This document shows, piece by piece, positions 53,671 through 64,000 of a DNA stretch of 64,000 nt. The number at the start of each line of letters is the position of its first letter. The stretch's first letter is position 1. This DNA comes from Malacoraja senta. Taxonomy: Eukaryota. The stretch is taken from assembly GCA_038087875.1 (NCBI GenBank), contig CM075988.1, positions 15,564,001-15,628,000 on the forward strand, read 5' to 3'. Both the position numbers and the translations under genes were made by a program. The notes under the pieces are model-generated. The model was not told the origin of the DNA. It ran no database searches and saw nothing but the letters and a program-made list of their open reading frames with translations.

Positions 53671-54580
53671 TCATCTTATCGAGGAGAATCTGCAGAACGT
53701 CAATAACTATGCTGAGGATCTCCGACAGAAGTTGACTCCTTTAACAGATGGTCTTCGTGAGAAGACGACAGTAGACATTGACAGCCTTCACCAGCAGATA
53801 AAAGAACAGCTGGAAGACCTGAAAGACAATCTTTCTCCCTTTGCTGATGGAGTCCATCAGAAGATTAGCAATAACATTGAAAAATTTCATCAGAGGTTGG
53901 CACCTTACACTGAAGAACTTAGCCAACAGCTGAAGAAGAATGCGGAGGAACTTAGGCAGAGGTTGACTCCCTTCACTGAAGAGCTTCAGGCCAAACTGGA
54001 AGTGAGCGCAGAGAACCTGAGGGAAGTCCTGACTCCCTACGCTGAAGAGCTCCAGATGAAGATCGATGCAAATATGGACAACATCAAGCAGAATGTGGCT
54101 GCCAAAGCTGAAGAATTTCGCTCCAGGTTTGATGAGAATGTCCAGGAGCTGCGCAGTAGCTTGGCTCCCTACACCGAAGATGTCCAGCTGAAGATGAACC
54201 AACAGATTGCAGAAATGACCCGGAGGGTGGTGCCTTTTGCCGAGACGCTCCAGACAAAGGTCAACGAGCACGTGGAAGATCTGAACCAAAAGCTGAACCC
54301 TTACATCGCCGAACTGAAAGTAAAACTTAACGAGACCGTGGGAAGCATGGACCAGAACCTGGCCCCATACATCGAAAATCTCAACACCAACATCAACCAG
54401 AGAATCGAGGAGTTCCATCAGAATGTGGCCCCCTACACTGAGCAGCTGAACAAGATCATCAGTCAGAATGTGAGGGAGATGCAAGAGGGACTTGCCCTGA
54501 ATGGAGGCAACGTTCTGCAGGATCTTCAGAACAAGCTCACAACTGTATTTGACGACTTCTGGCAGAATCTGAAGACCTAA
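53671..54580 (+). CDS. APOA4: Apolipoprotein A-IV-like copy 4, exon 4
   Basis: Intact; differs from copy 3 by K>N (53830) and M>T (54246). Confidence 0.92.
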
Positions 54581-57500
54581 TTGAGAAGTAGACAGTGACT
54601 CACTCAATCCATGTGTCAGGACAATGGGTCTTCTTGGAGCACAGAAAACAAGATGCATAAATATAACTAGGCTCAATCTATTTATTTTTTTGCTGAGAGG
54701 AATATATTAAAATCATTGATTACAATTCCAGAGTGTGAAATGTAAAATACCTGCAATAAAACTTTGAATCATCTTTCAGCTAATAATGTTCCATGATTTA
54801 TTTCATATTCAGATTAGCTTATTGTAATACACAATGGGGTGCGACGAAAGTTCTTGTTTACATGAAGCCCACAAAGCAAACAGTATACCTACAGTAAAGA
54901 TTCATACAGCATTAAATACCACAAGTGCAAAACATTAGAAAGGTGAAAGAATGTAGTGCAAAATCAGAATAGCACAAAATAATATTAAAATATAAGAAGG
55001 GAATGGGGTGTGAAGAGGAGGTTTTTTTCAGGGGGACGTGCAGCAGTGGGAAAGAAGCTGGTGTTAATCTGGGATTTCTGAACTATCCAGTTCCTTTGAA
55101 AGGAATGTCCAGGGTGACAAGTGTCCTTGATGATACTTGCAGCCTTCCCGATGCAAAGCACAGGGAGATTGACTGGATGGAGGGAAGTTGTGTGACTGTG
55201 ATGGACCAGGCTGTGATGGACCAGGCTGTAACTAGGCTGTGTTCAACCACTCTCTGCGGGGTCAGGTGGGCAAGAACAGAACAGTTGTCATATTCGGCTG
55301 AATCTTAGAAACATAGAAACATAGAAAATAGGTGCAGGAGGAGGCCATTCGGCCCTTCGAGCCAGCACCGCCATTCATTGTGATCATGGCTGATCGTCCC
55401 CAATCAATAACCCGTACCTGCCTTCTCCCCATATCCCTTGATTCCACTAGCTCCTAGAGCTCTATCTAACTCCCGCTTAAATCCACCCAGTGATGGACCG
55501 GGCTGTCAGACTACTTTCTATAGCACATCTGCAGAAGTTAGAGGTAATCTTTGTGGATATTACAAATCCTCTCTGATGCCTAGGAATGTAAATACACTGA
55601 AACGCTTTATTGATTACCTCATCGGTGTGAAGGGACCTGGCTAGGTTGCGTGTGATATGGATACCTAGAAAAATGAAGCTGTTGAATATTTCTGCAGCAA
55701 CTCAATTACAGAGGTCATGGTTATGTTCACCATTCGCTTCCTTGGGTCTACAACCAACTCTTTCATCTTGCTAACGTTAAGGGCCAGGTTATTGTCCTGA
55801 CATGATAACATTAGGTTCTTGATCTTTTTGCTATACTTTGTCTCACTGTTATTGTAAGTCCAGCCAACAACAGTGATATTGGTGTTGTAGGTAGGCACAA
55901 AAAGCTGGAGTTACTCAGTGGGTCAGGCAGCATTGCAGGAGAAATGTGACATTTCGGGTTGGGACCTTTTTTTAGAGGTCTGAAGAAGGGTCCCAACCCT
56001 AAATGTCACCAATTCCTTTTCTCCTGTGATGCTGCCTGACCCGTTGAGTTACTCCAGTTTTTTGTGTCTATCTTCGGTTTAAACCAGCATCTACAGTTCC
56101 TCCCTACACATATCGTTGTTGCACTTGACTACACAATCATGGGTGTACAAGATACAAGATACAAGATACATTTATTTGTCACATGTGCCAGTTGGCACAG
56201 TGAAATGTGTGGTCACCATACAGCCATACAATAAAAATAAAGAACACAACACACAAGGAGTAGAGCATGGCATTTAGCCCACAACCCTGAGGGCTCCAGT
56301 GTTGAGGGCCAGGGTGGAGGATATGTTATGCGATCAATTCTCATTGACTGAGGTCCACTGGTCAAGAAGTCTAGAAGCCAGTTGCAGATGGAGGCCCCAA
56401 GGCCAAGGTCTAGAGGTTTAAGGATGAGCTTATTCCGTCTTTTATGCCTTTTTCATAGCAATAATAATCCAATGCATTATATTAAATGTGACATCTAGTG
56501 TAGTAAAAACCTTGGTTGAATGTGCTCATGTGTAAGTCTACAAATGCTAAATCTCAGAGGATCCCACAGTTACAGAGATGTGCAGATTCTTCCATTCAAT
56601 GATCTAGTCCTCAATTGCATCTCTTGGCTTTGGCTCCAGGTACCAGATTTACAGCTTTAGACAATTATTGTGGGCACTGGATTAAAATAGTAATCCAATA
56701 TTTGACGGCTTCAGTGAGAAGGATGTGAAATACCCTATGACGTATCATCTCTTGGATTTAGAATCCAAGTACCAGCTTTATAGCTTTAGACAATTATTTG
56801 GGGCACTGTATTAAAGTGGACACCTAATATTTGACTGCCTCAGTGAGGATGTCAAATACCCTATGAGATATCAAAAGACTAAGTATCAATGTAGAGGTGT
56901 TCAAATCTATTTCTGCTAAAAGAATAGTTCTCCTGGAGAGTAAATGTACTTATTCTGCTTGCTGTCCCCTCCTCCCAATACTTTATTATATTGTTAACTG
57001 AGAAAAGCTATCACCATCTGCTTCAAATATGTATTAAACACTTCCTGTGCGTTATCATAGTTTAATATTCTAATATATACAGCCTGCCATTCTCCTCTAG
57101 CACCTTTTGTAGTAACGATTCCCCGCTCACTTACTCTGTACTCAGTGCAATAGTTTTCCGATTTCCCAAACTCATTCAGTCTCACTTGCTGTAGCCTTGC
57201 CTTTACCCCAAATATGTGTGAGCCACCTGACATTGTACTAGCAGCAAGTGGCACAATTAGCAGAGCTACTGCCTTACCTGTAGCGGCAGGGGCCACATGC
57301 GTATGTGTAAAGTTTGCACGTTCTCCCTGTAACCGCATGAGTTACCTCCAGGTGCTCCAATTTCCTCCCTATCCCCAAAAGATGCAGGTTGGTAGGTTAT
57401 TTGTCTACTGCAAGTTACCTCTTGTGTGTAGGTGAGTGGTAGAAACTGGGGAAGGTTGATGAGAAAATGGGTGAATTAAAAACATGAGATTAGGTAGGAT

Positions 57501-59292
57501 TAGCGTACATTGATGAGCTTTTTAGTTTACTTTAGAGATACAGCGTGGAAACAGCCCCGACGACCCACTGAGTCCACACCGACCAGCGATCCCTGCACAT
57601 TAACACTACCCTACACACACTGGGGACAATTTTACATTTATACATTTATACCAAGCCATTTAAACTATAAACCTGTATGTCTTTGGAATGTAGGTGGAAA
57701 CCAAAAGGTCTCGGAGAAAACCCACACAGGTCACGGGGAGGTCGTACAAACTCCGTATGGGCAAGCACCCGGTGTCATGATCGAACCCGGGTTTCTGGCA
57801 TTGTAAGGCAGTAGCTCTACCGCTATGGCAGCACGGTGGCGTGGCAAGGATTCACGGTGGCAAGGATTCAGAGGGCTAAAGGGCTAGTTTCTGTGCTATC
57901 TGTCTCTGTGACTATGATAAAGAAGAGGCTTCCAGTGATGATTTACCCTTGCGCAGCTATTTCTACATATGCTACAAATGCTATGCCAAAAACACTGTGT
58001 CCTTAAGAATAAGGAATTGGCTTATGTGAACATACTCCTCTGGATAGTTTTGATGATCTTAGCAAATTTTCGACAGCTCAAATGAGGTAAAATAGAATCC
58101 TTCCTCTTAGGAGGGGGATTGTTTGGCTCATCATGTGTAGGAAGGAACTGCAGATGCTGGTTTATGCAGAAGATAGACACAAAATGCTGGAGTAACTCAG
58201 TGGGTCAGACAGCATCTCTGGAGAAAAGGAATAGTGACCTTTCCGGTCAGAACCCTTCTTCGGACTCATCATGTTTGTTTAAAGGAATTAATTCCTCATT
58301 CCATATTCTTTCCCCAGGTCAATTTGTTTCCTCTCATCCAATTTACGTAGGGAATTTATGTCTACTTCCACCCTCTCTCAGGGTACATTCCAGATCATGG
58401 CTACTCATTGTGTAATGATCCCCACATCTCCCCTCTGCTTCCTTTGCCGACTACCTCAAATCCTCTGGGTGCTGTGTGGGAAGGAACTGCAGATGCCGGT
58501 TTAAACCGAAGATAAACACAAAATGCTGGGGTAACTCAACGGGACAGGCAGCATCTCTGGAGAGAAGGAATGGGTGATGTTTCAGGTCGATTTACTGCAG
58601 CATTTTGTGTCTGCCATTGGGTACTGCCTTCTTGCCAATGGAAACGTTTCCATTAAAAACACTTCGTAGTAAGTCCATAGAACAATCAAAATCTTATAGA
58701 TGTTAAAATTGAAGCTGTACAATAACTGTATTGTTTCATATGCCGTTGGTTATCTTTTTGTACATTTGCTTCTAACAAATTTATTTAAAAATAAATAAAA
58801 AATAAATAAAAATTATAGATGCAATAAATCATGGCCTTTGGACTTTATTTATTTTTATTTATTTATTTATTTATTCCGAACAAGTAAAGACATTAAAGAC
58901 ATTGATATTAACAAAATCGAAATTATCAAACAATTGAACATTGCAATCAACATTTACAATTGAGAAGAACAAAATCAAGGTTCCAATGTCCAACTCAGAG
59001 TCTGTACAAGCTCGAAAAGGAGTGAGAAGAAGAATAACTTATTAAATCTCACCCCTTTTCCCCAACACTTCTATCGTATTTAAAAACCAATTCCTTACTA
59101 ATAATAGTACTGCCCTAGGCAATTTCCCATAATACATACAGACACTTATATACATTCAACTATTATGTACATACAATCTTCATATTTGAAGTACCCAACA
59201 TCAGTGAACAATAGTAAACAAGATAAACATCAACAATATTAACAAGATAAACATCAACGATTGTAAACAAGATAAACATCAACCCCCACTTG

Positions 59293-62200
59293 TCAACCAT
59301 CCCCTCCATCCCTGTACCCCTTGAGCATTATTTTTTTATATATCATTTTAAAATGATTCATGTTTGTGCATTGCTTCAATTCCCCGTTCAATTTATTCCA
59401 CACTCCTACTCCACAAACCGAAATACAAAAGGATTTTCTAGTCGTACGGACTTGTTGTTTCTTAAAGTTAAATATTCCTCTTAAATTGTAACCCCCCACA
59501 CGCTCGTTAAATAATTTTTGAATGTTTCCAGGTAAATTTTTATTTTTGGCCCTAAACATTATCTGAGCTGTTTTGAATGTGACCAAATCTTCTAATTTTA
59601 ATAATTTTGACTCTAAAAATAATGGATTTGTATGACCCAGATACTTAGCATTATGGATAATACGAATTGCTCTTTTTTGCATCATGGTTAATGAGTGTAT
59701 CGAATTTTTATAATTATTTCCCCAGACTTCTGTACAATAATTTAAGTAGGGTAAAATTAATGTACAATAAAGAATACGGAGTGATTTGTAATCCAGAGCT
59801 TGCTTGGCTTTGTATAATACAGAGATACTTTTTGATAATTTTAATTTTACATGTTTAATATGTGATTTCCAGCTTATTTTATCGTCAATTATAACCCCAA
59901 GAAATTTATTTTCATGCACTCTTTCAACTTCCACCCCATTTATCTTTATACTTACTAGGGGACTTATTCTACAATTACCAAATAACATTATTTTAGTTTT
60001 ACTCAGATTTAATGAAATTTTATTACTATCAAACCATATTTTCAATTTACCCATTTCTTTTATTATTTTATCCAATAGCCTTTTTAAATTTTCCCCAGAG
60101 CAAAAAATATTTGTATCATCTGCAAACAAAACCAGCCTCAAGACATTGGACACATTACAAATATCATTTATGTACATGATAAATAATTTTGGGCCCAGCA
60201 CTGACCCCTGTGGTACACCACACACAATGTCCAAACATGTAGAATTATGACTACCCAGATTTACAAACTGTTGCCTGTTACTTAAGTAGCTTTTAATCCA
60301 GTCCAGTACTATTCCTCTAATTCCATACCTCTCCAATTTTTTAAATAAAATATCATGATTAATTGTATCAAATGCTTTTTTTATGTCAATGAATATCCCA
60401 GCTGCATATAATTTCTTATCAATGGCGTTTGTGATGTCTTCAATTAATTCTAGTATTGCAAGTGATGTTGATCTATTTGTTCTGAATCCATATTGACTTT
60501 CTGTTAATAATTTATTATTTTCTACAAATTTGTCTAGTCTATTATTAAACATTTTTTCTAATATTTTGGAAAATTGTGGGAGTAAGGAAACAGGTCTATA
60601 GTTTGTAAAATGATGCTTGTTCCCTGTTTTGTATATTGGTATTATTTTTGCTATTTTCATTTTAATTGGAAAAGTGCCGGTCTGGAAGGATAAATTACAG
60701 ATGAATGTTAAAGGTTTGGAGATCCCCTCAATGACCATCTTAACTAGCGACATGTCAATGTCATTGAAATCGGTAGACTTCTTATTTTTACATGTTTTGA
60801 CAATATCCAGCAGTTCTTTCTCTTCTACTGCCGTAAGAAACATAGAGCAGGGATTTCTTTCCACTAATTTCTCAGGTGTTTCTCCAGATGTCCCTGAATC
60901 AGGGATTTGTTTAGCCAGGTCTGGTCCAATATTAACAAAAAAATTATTAAAGCTATTAGCTATATCTTCCATATTGTAAATTTCCTTATCCTTATCAATA
61001 AAATACTTCGGGTAATTTGTTCTCCCCGGACCATTTCGGATAATGCTATTAAGTATGCTCCATATTCTTTTTATATTGTCTTTATTGTCATCTAATTTCT
61101 TCTTATAATAATCTTTCTTGCTTTCTCTTATGATGTAAGTTAATTTATTTTTATACTTTTTATATTTATTTTCTGTATCTTTAGTTCTCTCTCTTATAAA
61201 ATCTCTGTATAGGCCATTTTTTTTTTACAAGCATTTTGTAATCCCTTTGTAATCCATGGACATTTAGTATATTTTGATTTTCTATTATATTCTTTAATTG
61301 GACAATTTTTATCATATAATAACTTAAACATATCAATAAATGTTTCATAAGCACTATCAATGTCTCTTTTTTGGTATATTATATCCCAGTTTTGTGCCAA
61401 TAGATCCTTTTTTAGTGCATTGATAGCTTCCTCCGATCTCACTCTTCTATATTCTATTAATCCGCTTGGTTTGTTGTTCCTGTGGACACCATCATAAACT
61501 ACAAAAACTGGCAGATGGTCACTTATATCATTAATTAATAATCCACTTACTATTTTATTTTCCAAATCATTGTTAAATATATTGTCAATGAGTGTAGCGC
61601 AATGGGAAGTAATTCTACTCGGTCTAGTGATTTTCGGAAATAGACTCATGCTGTACATAGTATTAATAAAATCTTCTGTAAGGTTGTGTTGATTAGGATT
61701 TAGTAGGTCAATATTGAAATCTCCACATAAAAACACTGATTTACTACCTGTTGTTGAAAACATACTCTCCATCCAGCCCCTGAAGATTTCAATACTTGAC
61801 CCCGGTGCCCTATATATACAGCTAATGATTACATTTTTATTTCCACCATTACTTATTTCTATAGTTATACATTCATGCAGATTGTCAACCACAGTTATCA
61901 TATTATCTACTACCTTATAATTCAGAGTTGTATCCACATATAGTGCTACCCCTCCTCCCCCCTTATTTTTTCTATTGATGTAATTGAAGTCATATCCGTC
62001 CATCTCAAAATCAATTCCCTTTTCTTGATTAATCCATGTTTCAGATATTGCGATGACATTGAATGGTTGTGAAAATTTTTGTAAATACTCTTTAATACTA
62101 TTGAAATTCGTATAGAGGCTCCTGCTATTAAAGTGGATAATAGATAATTTGCCTTTTGTATTAATATTCTGATTATACTGCTCCTCTGTGTAGTAGCAGC

Positions 62201-62399
62201 AGATATTTTTGTCGTTAGAATTAAAGTAAAAATTATTGTCCGGGTCTATATCGTATTCCAAATCCTGTAAATTGTGATCGGTATATTCGAATGGTTGTAA
62301 CTTCGGTTGTTCCTTTTCGCTTATTATTTTAGTTACTTGACTTCCATTTCCAGATGTTAATGGCTGAATTCCTTCAGTGTTTTCCCGTTTTATGATCAT
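59293..62399 (-). CDS. LINE ORF2 (endonuclease-reverse transcriptase), split by a 1-nt frameshift in the A10 run at 61217-61226
   Basis: Adding one A joins the 401-aa and 559-aa ORFs through CKKKNGLYRDF...IWSILNSII...IYNMEDIAN into ~1035 aa. Confidence 0.85.
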
Positions 62400-63025
62400 T
62401 GGTATTTGTCCAGGTCTGCAATATCTCTGATGACCAGCACTTTGGCTTCCTCTGGTGTTCCATTTAATTTAATAAAGATTTTACAGTTTGCAGTCCAGGT
62501 ATTTAATATTTTTTTTTGTTTCTTAAGGTATCGTGCTTGTCGGGCTATATCGGCATTTCGTTTTGTTAGGTGCTCATTCATGTATACTTTTGTTCCCTTC
62601 AGCTTTCTTCCTTGTTTTAGGAGACTGACTTTATATTTCCTGCTTACAAACCTTATTATGATGGCAGGTTTGTCATCACTATTTTTAACATCTTTCGATT
62701 TTTTCCTGGGCAGTGGGTGACAAGCCTCGATGTTATCGCAGTCTACTTGTATACCTTTCGACTGCAGGAAGGCCGCCACCTGTTGCTCCGTGGAGCTTGT
62801 GTCCATTTCCCCGGGCTCCCCCCCGTTTTCGTCAGTCACCGCCCGTGCGTATGACCGGGGCTTTATACTGAGCCCGGTAATGATGATGTTGTTCTCTCTG
62901 GTGTACTGCTCCAGATCTGCAACTCTGCCCTCCAGGAACACCAGTCGCCGGTCCTTTTCGGCGCTCTGGATCCGAAGATCCCTTACCTCCGCCACGAGGT
63001 CGAGGATGGCTTTCTGCTGTTTTTT
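62396..63025 (-). CDS. LINE ORF1 C-terminal part (coiled coil plus RRM-like domain)
   Basis: LEQYTRENNIIITG, IEACHPL, PAIIIRF, VYMNEHLT, WTANCKIFIK; stop overlaps the ORF2 start (ATGA). Confidence 0.8.
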   Translation of the reverse strand, partial: KKQQKAILDLVAEVRDLRIQSAEKDRRLVFLEGRVADLEQYTRENNIIITGLSIKPRSYARAVTDENGGEPGEMDTSSTEQQVAAFLQSKGIQVDCDNIEACHPLPRKKSKDVKNSDDKPAIIIRFVSRKYKVSLLKQGRKLKGTKVYMNEHLTKRNADIARQARYLKKQKKILNTWTANCKIFIKLNGTPEEAKVLVIRDIADLDKYQ

Positions 63026-63905
63026 GACTGAGTTGAGACTTGAATGGATTTTGCCCTCTCGTGATTGAGTTGGAGTCATATTTAAGGCAGCAGTTCAGAG
63101 TGACAGTGTTGTTGGAAGCTCCACGTTCTCGTGGCATTCAGGGAAAGTCCATGAGTCGAACACAAGTGTGCCAGTTTGTTATCAGCCATTGATAAGGTGC
63201 CCTTATATAGAGTGAGCGCGAGTTGGCTGACACACAGAGCTTCAGGAGGAGCATATCTGAGACAGGTAAGAGGAGCCCTGAGGCTCACATTGCTCCAACC
63301 CAGGCAGCCTGCTTGCTTATCCTTCCAGCGACTATCTCTGTGGACCGCTGAGTGTTGAGGCAACTGGTCAAGGCAAAGCCGTGGGATTAAGAGTATGGTT
63401 TTCTATTTTCAGTAATGTTACAGGCTATAATTGCAGCTTGGCAGGCTGCATTCAGCGAAGATATTTTCCCAGGCTGAAATCTTTAGGATCGGTGGTAGAG
63501 TTTCAGAATGAGGGATGGGCCATTTAGGACTGAGATAAGAAAGGATTTTGTCACTTAAAGGTTGGTAAGTCTTTGGAATTCTTTACCTTGGAGAACTGTG
63601 GAAGCTCAGTCACTGAGTTCATTCAAAATAGGGATGGATAGATTTCTGGATGTTCAAAGTTTCGGGCGATATGAGGATAGTAAAATGATGCCTAGAAGGT
63701 GAGCCTTAATCTTAATGGCAGGGCATGCTCCAAGGGCTGGGCGGTCCACTCCTGCTCTGTTTTCTTGTGTTCTTTTTAATGGAGTTCGGAAGGAGACAAT
63801 TATGCACACCGTATTTTCAATGAGAATTTAAACCCTGGACTAACTGATCTTTATTTTTATGTAGGTTTTCTGCAAAGGGAGAGCAAACAGTTGGAGAACT
63901 CCGCT

Positions 63906-63954
63906 ATGTTTCCCAAGGCAATCCTCCTGCTTCTTGCCGCAGTCTTGGTCCAAG
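63906..63954 (+). CDS. APOA4: Apolipoprotein A-IV-like copy 5, signal-peptide exon (rest beyond the window)
   Basis: MFPKAILLLLAAVLVQ(D); non-coding exon 1 ends at 63265. Confidence 0.85.
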
Positions 63955-64000
63955 GTATCAGCTTCAAATATTCCTCATTCCCTCTTTTCTTGCACTTAGA

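Larger units (their letters stand above)
58845..63025 (-). mobile_element. 5'-truncated Crack/L2-like (CR1-group) LINE: ORF1 remnant plus APE-RT ORF2, (TAAA)n tail
   Basis: Absent from the other amplicon units; GACT duplicated at 58841-58844 and 63026-63029; ORF2 has HFNSRSL, ISETW, GDFNIDLL, SDHLP, NYRPVSLL, QYGFR, GVPQGSVLGP, LFADD. Confidence 0.93.
32008..64000 (+). repeat. Tandem segmental duplication, ~8.15-kb unit with one apoA-IV-like gene each (units start at ~32008, 40141, 48290, 56438)
   Basis: ORF track and sequence recur at offsets of ~8143-8148 bp; the last unit is expanded by a 4.18-kb LINE insertion. Confidence 0.97.

Noticed and set aside
59215..59285. Three aacaagataaacatcaac repeats, superficially array-like
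   Set aside because: Short tandem repeat in the LINE 3'UTR; no spacers, and eukaryotic context, so not CRISPR

Overview
Vertebrate nuclear DNA, most likely a cartilaginous fish (skate or ray; inferred only from the repeat landscape). The left third holds 13 coding exons of ZPR1 on the minus strand, with the last exon off the left edge. ZPR1 has one U12-type minor intron and one GC-AG intron, and its introns carry a near-intact CR1 LINE, an IR/DR Tc1 transposon and many Penelope-derived repeats. Head-to-head with ZPR1 on the plus strand is an expanded array of at least five 4-exon apolipoprotein A-IV-like genes. One copy is divergent (24.5-27.5 kb), but its last exon is nearly homogenised with its neighbours. 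It is followed by an ~8.15-kb tandem amplicon (copies 2-5, copy 5 cut by the window edge). A young, AT-rich Crack/L2-type LINE sits ~180 bp upstream of the TATA box of copy 5, with its truncated ORF1 fused in frame to a host ATG. Other notable items are hammerhead-ribozyme cores in Penelope-type repeats, an insertion that captured 82 bp of nearby intron, and a CpG-rich foldback element. All calls are by eye; no database searches were run.
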